Assembly (NCBI GenBank): GCA_030704615.1
Contig: CM060734.1
Coordinates: 13,764,001 to 13,828,000 of the forward strand
DNA length: 64,000 nt
Direction of reading: 5' to 3'
Source: Takakia lepidozioides
Lineage: Eukaryota; Plantae; Bryophyta
In this document: in pieces, positions 1-12,559 of the stretch
Numbering within the stretch: position 1 is the stretch's first letter
How the letters are laid out: the number at the start of each line of letters is the position of its first letter
Position numbers and translations under genes: made by a program
The notes under the pieces: generated by a model
What the model was told of the DNA's origin: nothing
Seen by the model: only the letters and a program-made list of their open reading frames with translations
Databases searched by the model: none

Positions 1-610
1 GCATAACGGTCCCCCTTTGTTCTCCCAAAGAACCCTCCACCGATTTGGAACCAGCGGGAATTCCCTTTGGTAGTTGGCAGTCCGGAACAGCTCCCCACTC
101 TTTGGTCGCTTTCCGGCTCGCTCGCTTACTCACTAGTTTTTGGACACCAACGGGCTTGCACCGTTCTCGGGGTTACTACTCCCTATATATACTTCTGTAG
201 CTGTCCGCGGGGGTTTCACAACCAGCCATGCCATTTTATGGCGAACCACCACGAAAACCCTCGACTCCCGGTGATGAGTCGCGGTGAGTCTTGGCCCACT
301 CACCACAGCCACTATGGACCGTGATGAGTCCCAAGACTCCCCACGACTCCCACCACGAGGTCTCCGCCCCCATGGTGAGTCCTATGCCACCCCCACTAAG
401 TCTCGCTAAGCTACCACCACCCCTTGTGGAGCCACCCCCACCGCAACCCGGTGTGCGGGGCTCCACCTAGTGAGTGCCTCCGCCTCCTTGAGTGCCTTGG
501 GCACTCAAGGGTGCTTCAGCCCCCCATACCTATCGCTGCCGCTGCCCCCACCACAGGGGCAGCCCCTCATGTGTCCCGACCCCCTGCCCTCAAGGCAAAG
601 GGCCGCGACA
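1..610. mobile_element. Probable terminal part of an unrelated LTR nested into the RT of the Gypsy copy at 611
   Basis: Ends in ...GGCCGCGACA (CA) at 610. From 611 the sequence becomes collinear with the RT of the sister element (ggtgga-gtttgctcggtgctacatagatgac). TATA-like cctatatata at ~182. The other end and TSD lie outside the window. Confidence 0.45.
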
Positions 611-3066
611 GGTGGAGTTTGCTCGGTGCTACATAGATGACATCATCATCTTTAGTGCTACGGTGGAAGAGCATGAGAGACACCTTCAGGGGGTATTTGA
701 GCGCTTGAGGACGCACGGATTGAAGTTACATCCGGGCAAGTGCAAGTGTTTCCACAACCAGATTGAGTATCTGGGCCACATGATATATCCTGGAGGATTG
801 GGGGTACAGCAGACTAAGGTAGAGTCCATTGCACAGGTTCCACGCCCCACGGATGTGAGCCGAGTTCGAGCTTTCATGGGGTTAGCAAACTATTATAGAC
901 GGTTTGTTAAGGGATTTAGTGCCATTGCAAAGACTCTAACCAAGCTGACCAAGGTGGACCAGGAGTGGCAGTGGGAAGATGAGCAAGAACAAGCTTTTCA
1001 AGAGCTCAAGGCGAGGTTGACCTCGGCGCCCATCTTGAGACGACCTATCAGGGGGCGTCCTTTTCAGCTGCACACAGATTGGAGCATGCTGGGGCTTGGA
1101 GCGGTGCTCACACAGGTGGATGATGAGGGAAGAGAGTTCGTAGTGGCTTATGCTAGCCGCTCGAACAATGCTGCAGAGTCTAAGTATAGCTCATATGAGG
1201 GAGAATGCTTAGCGGCAGTGTGGGCCGTGGCACACTTCAGGTGCTATCTATACGGCAATCTCTTCACTCTTGTCACGGATCACCAACCACTCAAGTGGTT
1301 GATGGAGTCAGACAAGCTTACGGGGAAGCTTGCACGGTGGGCACTCATCCTTCAAGAGTATGACTTTCAGGTTGTGCATCGATCGGGTTTGGTCAATCGC
1401 AATGCAGATGGGTTGAGTCGCAATCCATGCATGAGCCAACAGGATGACATTGGAGCTCGGTGGCATGGTGAGACGGACGAGGAGATGGTGCTCGGATGGC
1501 ATGCATCCGCATTTCTGTGTATCTTGGCAGCGGAAGGCCAGGTTGGACCTGCAACAGGGATGACTGTAGATCAAGTGTCTGAGGACCCTGAGGCCAGCAA
1601 TGAGCAAGGTGGCGCCAAAGATATACATGAGGATTCAGTTGTGTTGGACTACCTCCGCACTGGAGACACTGCAGCCACTGTGACTGCCAAGGAGAGGGAT
1701 CGGATCCTACAACAAGCCAAGAGGTTCAAGTGGGAGGGGACACACCTGCTCCGAGTGTGGGAGGATGGTCAAGTGAGGATTGTGCCTCACCCAACACAGC
1801 GGGCACGGTTAGTGCGGCATGCCCATGAGGAGTTGGGGCATTTTGGGGTGCGACGCACTCATAGTCTACTGCAGGGGAAGTATTGGTGGCGTGGTATGCA
1901 CACAGAGGTGCAACAATTTGTGGCTAGGTGCATGGTGTGTGACAGGGTGCATGCTTCATTCAACGCCCTTACTCCACAATTGCACCCTCTTCCGATCATG
2001 GGATTGGGCTACAGGTGGAGTCTTGACTTTGCAGGGCCGTTGCCACTGACCATGCGCCACAACAAGTACGTGTTGGTGATGGTGGAGCACTTCTCCAAGT
2101 GGATTGAATTGGTTCCATTGCCTGATAAGGCTAGTGAGGGAGCTGCGTATGCATTCTTGGATTGTGTGCTTAGCCGATTCGGTGCTCCAGCTGAGGTACT
2201 CACGGACCAAGGGAGAGAGTTCTTGGGGGAGTTTCAGGCTTTGTGTGACAAGGCCTTGATAGACCACCGCACCACTTCTCGGGATCATCCTGAGGCCGAT
2301 GGCTTGGCAGAGAGAGTTGTTCAGACAGTAAAGAGGGGTTTGCGCAAGTATGGCTTGCAGAAGGGACACCTAGGAGATTGGGACCTTCAGTTACCCTGGT
2401 TAGCCATGGGCTACAGGTTCAGCAAGCAAGCATCACTTGCCTCCTTCTCACCATACTTTCTTCTCTTTGGCCGAGAGCCGGATTTGCCTACATCCATTCG
2501 CAGAGAAGCTGCTACAGTTCTTAACCTTGACGATCCAGACGTGTGGGCACGTGCATGTGAGCAGTGTGCAGAGTTGTTCAAGAGAGTCATGCCCATGGCT
2601 TTCGAGAACCTTGCCATTGCACAACACCGTGATACGTTGAGGTATGCTACCATACGTGGTGGGGGCTATCGTCCTGGGGTTCGGAGATTCAACCCTGGTG
2701 ACTATGTCTATCTACAGCAGACTGCTCCTACGACCCTGGATGTGACTGCAGGACGTGTTATTTTGAGGGTTCGAGAGGTCTTGCCCTCAGGCGTCTTGGT
2801 CTTGGAGGGTCGGGATGGCATAACTTGGAAGGACCATGTGCGTAATTGTGCGCCATGTCACCTTCCGAATGTCGATGGCAGGATTGACCCAAACCTGGCA
2901 GTGGTATCTGCAAGTTTGAGGTGCATGTTGTGTGGGTCTGCTAAAGGGGCAGCCACCATGCTGGTGTATGATCGATGCTCTAGAGGTTGGCATATGGGAT
3001 GCTTGACTCCACCTCTTGAGATGGTTCCAGATGGGGATTGATTATGTCCACATTGCATTGGATAGT
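611..3066 (+). pseudogene. pol: pol fragment: RT C-half, RNase H, integrase, PHD finger
   Basis: YIDDIIIF; TDWSMLGLGAVL, YSSYEGECLA, TDHQPL, NADGLSR; HHCC (HEELGH...CMVC); LDFAGP/TDQG/AER (D,D,E). PHD CMLC...DRC...HMGC is broken by TGG>TGA at 3039-3041 and a C>Y change. The ORF-track N-terminus (492-610) is read-through from foreign DNA. Confidence 0.95.
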
Positions 3067-3310
3067 GGGAGTGGATACAACCATGGAAGGCTAACAAGAA
3101 ACGCAAGGCCTAGCTACTAGGAGACCTTGAACACACGAGATTCTGGCTCAAGTTCACAGATTGCAAGACGGCGACTAACGATGGGGCTACTCTTGTACCC
3201 AGCCTCTTGGTCTATAGAGTTTGAGTACAATAGGGACAGTGATAGAGGACTTAGTACGGCTGTGGCTATTACATCTTGTAGCTATCTGGAGGTAGAGGGA
3301 CCTATCCACC

Positions 3311-3321
3311 AGCTAGGGGGG
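3311..3321 (+). promoter_or_regulatory. Polypurine tract
   Basis: AGCTAGGGGGG just before repeat A; same motif at 6473-6484 on the minus strand in copy 2. Confidence 0.75.
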
Positions 3322-3324
3322 CGA

Positions 3325-3855
3325 TTGTGGCAGACTACTTTATTGTGCATATATGTGTGGTGTGGTTTGGTCAGCGATGTAGTTGTGTAACGATATGTAT
3401 GCGCACGACAGCTGTCAAGTTAAATAAGCACAGTGTGAAAACAGCTAGAATAAAACTAGTTATTTGTATTTAACACTTGGATTTAGGTCAAGTGTTAAAT
3501 CAGGTGTCAAGTTTAGTTTGACACCTGGTCCGTCTTATCTTCAGGAGAGCGGCAGTCGCGCAGCTCATCTCTCTCGAGTTGAGCCTGCGCGACCGAGCTC
3601 CTTCATCGCTTCAGATCTGAGTGTGCTTATGATGAGAGTGTAGGTTGTTGTGGGGTGGAGTCCCCATAGCTTGGGGTGCCCCTGGCTCGACTATTATCTT
3701 AAAGAGTGATGCTGTTGGATTCATGTTGTTTTCTTGTGTAAACAGTGCGTTTTCCTAGTTTTCTTATCATTATGGCAGACTACTTTATTGTGCATATATG
3801 TGTGGTGTGGTTTGGACAGCGATGTAGTTGTGTAGCGATATGTATGCGCACGACA
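3325..3855 (+). repeat. Split terminal repeat block A1 (3325-3410) - GC - B (3413-3769) - A2 (3770-3855)
   Basis: 86-bp A repeated directly around a 357-bp B; A|B junction GACAGCTGTC. Confidence 0.92.
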
Positions 3856-4194
3856 ATGGGGATATCATCAAAGTTGGAATTGTACCAAATGTCATTCTGA
3901 ACACTGCCCTGGCAGCTCTGAAAAAGGGGAAAGAGGTCCGTGGCGACATCTTCAAAGCTGGAATTGTACCGAATGTCATTCTGAACCATACCCTGGTGGA
4001 CATGTATGCAAATTGTGGGTGCATCGAGCCCTGGAGTAGGGCAAAGAGGTGCATGGGGATATCATCAAAGCTAGAATTGTACCAAATGTCATTATGAACA
4101 TTGCCCTAGCAGCTCTGGAAAAGGGCAAAGAGGTCCATGGCGACATTGTCAGAGCTGCAATAGTACCAAATGTCATTATGAACAATACCCTCAT
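3856..4194 (+). pseudogene. Tandemly duplicated PLS-class PPR motif fragments
   Basis: GKEVRGDIFKAGIVPNVILNHTLVDMYANCGCIE; four copies of the (H)GDIxKAGIVPNVI segment, with frameshifts. Confidence 0.8.
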
Positions 4195-4252
4195 AGAGAG
4201 AGATGACTCCGGCTTGCAGCCGGCGTAACTAAGTGCCACTTCACCTTGCGGC

Positions 4253-5229
4253 TGTCGAATGGCTTTTACTCACCCATCCCTTCACTATCCGAGGTCGGAA
4301 CTCCAAGATAGAAGAGTTGGATATCTCTATGCACTCAGCCCGCTCAGAACAATCAGTCATGACCTACAGCTAGTGTATCATGGTAGTGCTTCCTGTTTGT
4401 ATTCCTTCTTGCCTTCATGTCAGCAAGTTATCTTACTGTTTATATTTAAGTATCAGATTGCTTCGGCAATCCACCAGGTTCCAATCACTTTTCCATTCAT
4501 TCCACAGCTTCCCTCAGGTCTCTCTACACAATGTGAGTATGGAATATGTATCAGATTAAGTTATATCAAGTAACAGGCTGTAGCCATGGTATCTCTAATC
4601 TGCTCTACAGTTTCACCCTACAGCTTTGCATGTATCAAGCATCTACAGATCATCTCTCCTCCTTCACTGTGCTCTCCATTCTTGCTCCCGTTCGTGCACT
4701 TCGCCTGATCTCCTCTACTGATGACCAAGAAGTGCTCTCTCAGAAGTGTCCCCCATGTTGCTGCTATGCCTAATTTATCTGCAAGCTATTCTAACCGCCT
4801 AACTAACTAACTGTCACCCAAGAAGTAAGCACGTTCCCTATGCAGATGTCGTTCCCACACAGTCATTTTCTGCAAATGATAACCGTTCCCTATGTACGTT
4901 GTGATGGGCTGTGCCAAGCTGCTGTGCCGAGCTGTGACTGGTTGTGTCGGACTGTGTTGGGCTATGACTGGCTGTGTAAAGCTGTGTCGGGCTGTGTCGT
5001 GCTGTGACTGGCTGTGCGAAGCTGTGTCGAGCTGTGATAGACTGTGATAGGCTGTGATTGACTGTGACAGACTGTGTAAGGCTGTGTCGGGCTGTGGAAG
5101 ACTGTGCAACCTTGTGTACCACCCCCTAAGCCTGTGTTGGTCTAAGTCTACCATCGTAGGTCTGCGCAAAAATTAAGGGTACCCCATAGAACCCGAAAAA
5201 CTGTCTAAGTCCCAGATAGCCCTCTAACA
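4253..5229 (-). mobile_element. Solo LTR with 5-bp TSD
   Basis: TG...CA ends; GCGGC at 4248-4252 and 5230-5234; homologous to the LTR at 32342-32962; GGCTGTG-type array at ~4900-5110. Confidence 0.92.
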
Positions 5230-5357
5230 GCGGCTATTGCCCCCTTTCGAGGGTCGGCCCTATAAAGTTAGGGGGTTGCCCGGAGGGCACCCCGGGGACC
5301 TAGGGTAGGTGGTTTGGGGAGGGTACTCCAGGGGGTACCCCTGGGGTAGAGGCGGAG

Positions 5358-5807
5358 TCAAGAGGTCAAAGAGGTATGCGACTCAAGTTGTCTTTTGTTG
5401 GTGATAATAGCAGTGAGGGAACGGAGTGCCGTCCTGTAGATAGCTTTAAAACATTTGTGGATAGGGATAAGTGGGATTTTGAAGTTATTGTGAAGGGCAG
5501 AGATACTGGCATTGTGTATTCCACCCCGTGTGCCAGCTGTAATGACTATTAGGGGGCCGGTAGACCAACCATGACGGCGAATAGCTTGAATGAGTGGGAC
5601 ATATTTTTGGCGTTTTTCAAGTATGGAGGAGGGGGGGTAGCGGTCATTACAGTATGTAAACTCAATGAAGTGTGTAGTGAATTCAGGGGATGGTATGCTA
5701 GGAGGTGAGGTGCCGATAGGCAACCCGAGCACCAGGAGGATGTCGGGGCAGAGTCGGGCAGGGCATGCGCAGGGGAAGCGGGGTCTACACGAGCATGGTA
5801 GTAGCCA
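5358..5807 (-). pseudogene. Restriction-like endonuclease C-terminus of the non-LTR element
   Basis: CPDILLV...FIEFTYC...EKRQKYVPL...GW...VITAGTRGGI, the PD-(D/E) RLE pattern of R2/NeSL/Dualen-type elements. Confidence 0.8.
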
Positions 5808-6470
5808 TGTCGTGCGCATACATATCGCTACACAACTACATCGCTGTCCAAAAACCACACAACACATGTGCACACCACACACTAGTATACCACTAGTCCA
5901 CCACTAGTCCAACCACTAGGCTACAACTAGTCAGTCACTAGGCTGCCACTATGCTGCCCACTATGGCAGTCACTAGTCCACACAATGATAAAGAAGAAGA
6001 ATACAAGCACAAGCTCATGTGAGCTCACAAAGCTGAAGCATAAACTCATGCATATATAACCTCATCACTCAAATACAAGTCAAGCCAAGTGCACCCCACG
6101 CCATGGGGAATCCACACTACGGCGCCATAGCTAGGCGCGGTGAGGCTCAACTCGAGAAAGATGAGCCTTCCGCGCTTGCCGTGAAGATAACCACTCCAGG
6201 GCCTAAATCTGCCTTGACCCCTGGATTGACACTTGGGCCAATCCCAAATGTCAATATGTAAAAGCTAGCTATTTCCTAGCTAATTTCACACTAGTGGTAA
6301 AATAAGTTGACAGCTGTCGTGCGCATACATATCGCTACACAACTACATCGCTGTCCAAAAACTACACAACACATGTGCACACCACACACTAGTATACCAC
6401 TAGTCCAACCACTAGGCTACAACTAGGCTGCCACTATGCTGTCCACTATGGCAGTCACTAGTCCACACAA
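5808..6470 (-). repeat. 3' block A1 (6470-6315) - GC - B2 (6312-5986) - A2 (5985-5808)
   Basis: A1 and A2 are direct repeats (A2 is 22 bp longer through short tandem duplications); B2 (327 bp) is nearly identical to 17511-17837. Confidence 0.93.
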
Positions 6471-6728
6471 TTGGCCCCCTAGCTGGTGCTTAGGTCCCTC
6501 TAAGTCCAGGTAGCCACAAGATGTGATAGTGACCATAGCCTCACTAAGTCCTCCACCACTATCCCTACTACACTCAAACTCGATAGATCAAGAGGCCGGG
6601 TGCAAGAGTTGCCCCATCGTTAGTCGCCGTCTTGCAACTGTGAACTTGAGCTTGGGATCTCATGTATTGACTCCTATGAGCTTGGCCTCCCATGTCTTGT
6701 TAGCTGCCTCCAGTCATGTCCACTGCCA

Positions 6729-9700
6729 CTATCCCAAGCAGCGTGGACACAACCAATCTCCGTCAGGAACCTTCTCAAGAGGTGGTGTCAAGCATCCCAT
6801 ATGCCAACCCCTTGAGCATCGATCACACACCAGCATGGTGGCTGCCCCTTTGGCAGACCCACAGAGCATGCACCTCAAACCTGCAGGTACCATTGCCAAG
6901 TTTGGGTCAACTCTGCCATCGACATTGGGAAGGTGACATGGCGCACAATTACGCACATGGTCCTTCCAAATCATGCCATCCCGACCCTCCAAGATCAGGA
7001 CCCCTGAGGGCAACACCTCTCGAACCCTCAGAATAACACGCCCTGCAGTAACATCCAGAGTCGTAGGAGCAGTCTGCTGCAAATAAACATAGTCACCAGG
7101 GCTAAACCTCCGAACCCCAGGACGATATCCTCCACCACGTATAGTAGCATACCTCAACGTATCACGGTGTTGTGCAATGGCAAGGTTCTCAAAAGCCATG
7201 GGCATGACTTTCTTGAACAACTCTGCACGCTGATCACATACATGTACCCACACGTCCGGATCGTCAAGGTTAAGGACTTGAGCAGTGTCCCTACGAAATG
7301 GTTGCAGGCAAATCCGGCTCTCGGCCAAAGAGAAGGAAATATGGTGAGAAGGAGGCAAGTGATGCTTGTTTGCTGAACCTGTAGCCCATGGCTAACCAAG
7401 GAACCTGAAGATCCCAATCTCCTAGGTGTCCCTTCTGCAAGCCATACTTGCGCAACCCCTCTTCACCGTCTGAACAACTCTCTTTGCTAAGCCATCGGCC
7501 TCAGGATGATCCCGAGAAGTGGTGCGGTGGTCTATCAAGGCTTTATCACACAAAGCCTGAAACTCCCCCAAAAACTCTCTCCTTGGTCCGTGAGTACCTC
7601 AGCTGGAGCACCAAATCGGCTAAGCACACGATCCAAGAATGCATACGCAGCCCCCTCACTAGCCTTGTCAGGCAATGGAACCAACTCAATCCACTTGGAG
7701 AAGTGCTCCACCATCACCAACACATATCTGTGGTGGCGCATAGTCAGTGGCAACGGTCCTGCGAAGTCAAGACTCCACCTGTAGCCCAATCCCATGATTG
7801 GTAAAGGATGCAACTGTGGTGTAGGGGCGTTGAATGAAGCATGCACCCTGTCACACACCATGCACCTAGCCACGAACTGTTGCACCTCTGTATGCATACC
7901 ACGCCACCAATACTGCCCCTGCAATAAACTGTGAGTGCGTCGCACTCCAAAATGCCCCAACTCCTCATGGGCATGCCGCACTAACCGTGCACGCTGTGTG
8001 GGGTGAGGCACAATCCTCACCCGACCATCCTCCCACACTCGAAGTAGGTGTATCCCCTCCCACTTGAACCTCTTGGCTCGTTGCAGGATCCGATCCCTCT
8101 CCCTGGCAGTCACAATGGCTGCCGTGTCTCCCATGCGGAGGTAGTCCAACACAGCCGAATCCTCATGTATATCTCTGGCACCACCTAGCTCATCACTAGC
8201 CTCAGGGTCCTCAGACACTCCGTCTACAGTCATCCCTGTTGTAGGTCCAATCTGACCTCCTGATGCCAAGATACACAAAAATGCAGATGCGTGCCATCCC
8301 GGCACCATCTCCTCGTCCGTCTCACCATGCCACCGAGCTCCAGTGTCATCCTGCTGGCTCATGCATGGATTGCGACTCAATCCATCCGCATCCCGATTGA
8401 CCAAACCGGTCGATGCACAACCTGAAAGTCATACTCCTGGAGTATAAGTGCCCACCGTGCAAGCTTCCCCGTAAGCTTGTCTGACTCCATCAACCACTTG
8501 AGTGGCTGGTGATCCGTGACAAGGGTGAAAAGATTGCCGTATAGATAGCACCTGAAGTGTGCCACGGCCCACACTGCAGCTAAGCACTCTCCCTCATATG
8601 AGCTGTACTTAGCCTCTGCAGCGTTGTTCGAGCGGCTAGCGTAAGCCACTACGAACTCTCTTCCCTCATCATCCACCTGTGTGAGCACCGCTCCAAGCCC
8701 CAACATGCTCCAATCCGTATGCAGCTGAAAGGGACGCCCCCTGATAGGTCGTCTCAAGATAGGCGCAGAGGTCAACCTCGCCTTGAGCTCTTGAAAAGCT
8801 CGTTCCTGCTCATCTTCCCACTGCCACTCCTGGTCCACCTTGGTCAGCTTGGTTAGAGCCTTTGCAATGGTACTAAATCCCTTGACAAACCGTCTATAAT
8901 AGTTTGCCAACCCCATGAAAGCTCAAACTCGGCTCACATCCGTGGGGCGTGGAATTTGTGCAATGGCCTCTACCTTAGTTTGTTGTACTCCCAATCCTCC
9001 AGGATATATCATGTGACCCAGATACTCAATCTGGTTGTGGAAAAACTTGCACTTCCCCGGATGCAACTTCAATCCGTGCGCTCTCAAGCGCTCCAATACC
9101 ACCTGAAGGTGTCTCTCATGCTCCTCCATCGTAACACTAAAGATGATGATGTCATCTATGTAGCACCGAGCAAACGTCCACCCCTGCTAGAATCCTATCC
9201 ATGACTCTCTGAAACTCTGCAGGAGCATTCTTAAGCCCAAATGGTAAGAACCGCCACTGGTATAGGCAATCCTTGCCGTGCTCATTGATCCCCCAGAATG
9301 CCGTCTTCTGCTTGTCCGCCTCCTTGATTGGCAACTGGTGATATCCGGATTGTAAATCGAAAGTGCTAAAGGCCTTAGCATGCCCGATGGCATCAAAGAT
9401 CTCCTCTGGTGTTGGCATGGCATACTTATCGGACTTGGTCTGACGATTTACAGGCCGGTAATCACCGCACATACGTCTCTCCGTCCAATTGCCATAGACA
9501 TCCTTCTTGGTTGGCATCACTGTGGCTGAAGCATACTCTCCACCAGAGAGCTCCACCAAACCTGCCTCCCAGAGATCTTGAGTCCTCATCTGAATCAAAG
9601 ACCTCTCCATGTCACTGTATCTATAGGGTCTCCGAAAGATTGGCGTGTCAGTGGCCAACTCAATACGGATCTCTTGACCCTTCAGTGCTCCCAAGTCCTT

Positions 9701-9760
9701 CAAACTGAAGGCAAAGCAATTCCTGTAAGCCCTCAGGAACCGCCGTATACGTCGTCTCTC
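6729..9760 (-). pseudogene. pol: pol: RT, RNase H, integrase, intact PHD finger (several frameshifts)
   Basis: RRPYRYS, RMCGDYRPVN, DLQSGYHQ, LPFGLKNAPAEFQR, YIDD; RNase H and IN motifs as in copy 1; CMLC-x11-CDRC-x4-HMGC-x14-CPRC. Confidence 0.95.
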
Positions 9761-10169
9761 TCCTCCGGTGACAATGGGTCCAATGTCAGGCTCCCAATTG
9801 TCCTCCGTAACTACAACCTTAAGTATAGTGGGCTTAGAGGTAGAGGACGCGTCCCGTGGTTGCTATGCTGCAACCTCTTGAGCAGTACTCCCTGCCTGCT
9901 CAGTCAATGACAAGACCTCATCCTGCCCCATCATCTCATCATTGAGGACCTCCTCAACCCGAGAAGAATCCCCAACCTCATCTATCACAGCCGCCTTGGC
10001 TGCCAACTCCCTCTGAACCTCGAGCACCTCCCACGTGTGCCATGGATGCATGCACCCCGTGGTCCTTATATGCTCGCCCCCACTCACTGCCTGTACCGTC
10101 TCGGTAGGCAGAGAGACCATTGAGGGAAGTGTACTCCGCACTCTGCGTTGCTCAGCCAGAGCCAAGCTG

Positions 10170-11115
10170 ATAATCCAGGTCAAGCAATTGAGATCCATTG
10201 CTTGCCCCAACACTTGACGACGTGATGCCTCAGAAAGAGACGACACCGCCGTGGTACCAGTGGTAAAACCCATTGCCCGCTCACGCTCGTCAGCATTAGG
10301 CTCCACTAACTGCTGCAACTGAGCATCCCACAGGAGGCCAGGTCCACTATCCCGGAAAGCATGCGATCATGGGAAGCTGAGCAGTGTAGGTAATGTTGCC
10401 CGTGGTTGACCCACCTTGTTGACCACTGCCAAAGGCGAACGGTCATCGTGTCTCACACGCTGAGACTGCCTCCCTGTGTCCAGAATGTTATCCACTGTGA
10501 GATGTGCTGGCCGCTGCACCCCATCAAATGCACGCTTGATCAGTGCGGGTGGCATCAAGTTAGTCCACCATAGCCGTGGACGATGAGCTTGTGACCCCAC
10601 TGTAGCTGCATCTAGCAACACTACTGACCCAAGCCACGACCGGACTTGATGCACACTGGCCATCACCCTGGCCCGAGAATCGCCCATCAGTGGCACATTC
10701 TCCAAGATGTATGCTGGAGATACAGCTTGATGAAGCTGCAAGTGGCGCAAAACCCGCACCATCTCCCAAAACAGACCCGACCTCGAGTCTCGCAATCCAT
10801 TGCCATGCCTGGCTGATGAATGCCTTGGCAGGGCCAACCTGCCACTACCAGATCAATGGAGCCAACCCGCTCCAAATCCTGCGCCCCAGCAACGAAATGT
10901 CTGCTGGCAAGGCCTGCTGATATCCACGAATTGCAGACACCGACAACAACTCAGGGTACCACTGCACCAACTGAGCAACATGGCGAAGTGAAACCCGTCG
11001 TGCAGTCTCATCCCTCTCCACATACAGGTAACGCCAAACTTGTACACCTGCTTGTAACACAGCAGCCAATCCGGTGCTGATCCCGCCAAACAAGTCCAGA
11101 AGACAAATGCCTTCA
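10170..11115 (-). pseudogene. C5 cytosine DNA methyltransferase domain (DNMT3-like) between protease and RT
   Basis: In order: I LDLFGGI, II YVERD, III ADIS, IV AGWPCQG, V RSGLFWE, VI LENVP, VIII DAATVGSQAHRPRLWWTN, IX ERERAMGF, X RRQVLGQAMD. Split over four ORF-track pieces by indels. Confidence 0.92.
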
Positions 11116-11519
11116 TCCGGATACTGCCACACAATAGGTGTGGTGTCCAATGGAGACAATTGAGGTGGTCCTGGTGCAATCCCCACACTCTCCTCCTCTC
11201 CTGACGGTACAAAAGCCTCCACCCAAGCTTGTTGCACCCGTCGATTAGCATCCCGCTGCAAATCCTTGCTCGTGCCCCACAATGGAGTCTGAGCAACCAT
11301 GGTAGGCAACTCCGCCATACCATACATGTCATCCTGCTCTCCCGGAGGTGGTACATCCTCTGAATGAGCATTGCCCTCAAGCAACTCTCTAGGCCAACTC
11401 ACTGCCGTTGTGAATGCTACTAGTGTCGGCATCTTGCCTCGCTGGGCAACTGCAACTCCTCCTATGAACGTCACAGGGAGCTGCACACGCCGGACCTCCC
11501 CTGACTGCCATGTAGACCT

Positions 11520-11920
11520 ATAGGAAGCTGACTCCTCCCAAAAATCCAAGGTGAAGCCCATGGGGTACAACACTGCCCCACCAACCAGGACATCGTATGA
11601 GACTGCGTCTGTCACAATGTCCTTGGCTCGCATCACTGAGCCACCTGTAGGGTGATCCGGCCGTAGTCTGATAGCCAACTCACACCGTGTCATGCCCCGA
11701 GCCTACTCCGATCCTCCCAGAGATGTCTGTATCTGGAAAGGACAAGGCTCCAATCCGCCTCCGTGAGGCCAAGCCTGCAATAGCAGCTCTGCCCAGCATC
11801 AATGGCTGTGCTCCCGAGTCCAACAAGACCCGCAGTGGCCGGTACCTCTTGCCTGCCGGTCCACTCAAATAGAAAATGCCATCCTGGTTGTCTAACATGA
11901 CAACTCCAGGTGTCACGCGC
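11520..11920 (-). pseudogene. Retropepsin-like aspartic protease
   Basis: RVLLDSGAQ catalytic motif and downstream YDVLVG; one frameshift. Confidence 0.85.
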
Positions 11921-12559
11921 TCAATGGCTGGCCTAGCTGGCAGCTCCATCAACCTGGCAGCTGCAGATTGCCATGCCGCCGCCGTGGCAGTCTTAACCCT
12001 CAAATCCGAGGACCCCTCCGGCACTACACCTCCTACTATCTCCGCAGAAGATGAAGTAGTAACTCCCCACTCTCACAGAGTGTAGCTGCAGCCTGAACAC
12101 CTCAGCTGGTCTTACCCCCGGCGTCGTAATCATGGGTAGCGAGAGAACAATGGAGCTGGCACACACAATGTGGCCGCTCCTAGCAGCACACTAGCTGCCG
12201 TAGCCTTGGAAACACTAGGTAGTGGTGCTACCCGTTGTAGCTCTCCCCAATGGCATAGTAACCTCCGCCTCGAAATCAGTCGGGCGAGAACTAGGTGCCA
12301 TGGATGGCGTCGACACTGTCTCCGCCAATGTGAATGACTGAGGAAAGCCTAGCCTGACGGTTTGCCTCCCCACGCTGTGGATCCAACTACACCTCTGCAC
12401 CTCGTGGCTCAGGAAACGCGTGCTGCTCCTCGAGTCACGGGCATTGCAGCAGACTCCACCTGCACTAGTGGTAGTGCTGCTCCACAGCATGAATCCCATG
12501 CCTCCCATATCTCCTCCCTCAGGAGCAGGAGGTGGACCATCCGGCCTTAGAGCCAGTAC

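Larger units (their letters stand above)
611..3855 (+). mobile_element. Ty3/Gypsy retrotransposon, PHD-bearing split-repeat family, copy 1 (3' half)
   Basis: pol RT-RH-IN-PHD, PPT at 3311-3321, then A-B-A repeats ending GCGCACGACA at 3855. Highly similar to the minus-strand copy at 5808-9180. Confidence 0.95.

Noticed and set aside
492-610. N-terminus of the 849-aa pol ORF
   Set aside because: Chance in-frame read-through from the nested sequence; absent from copy 2.
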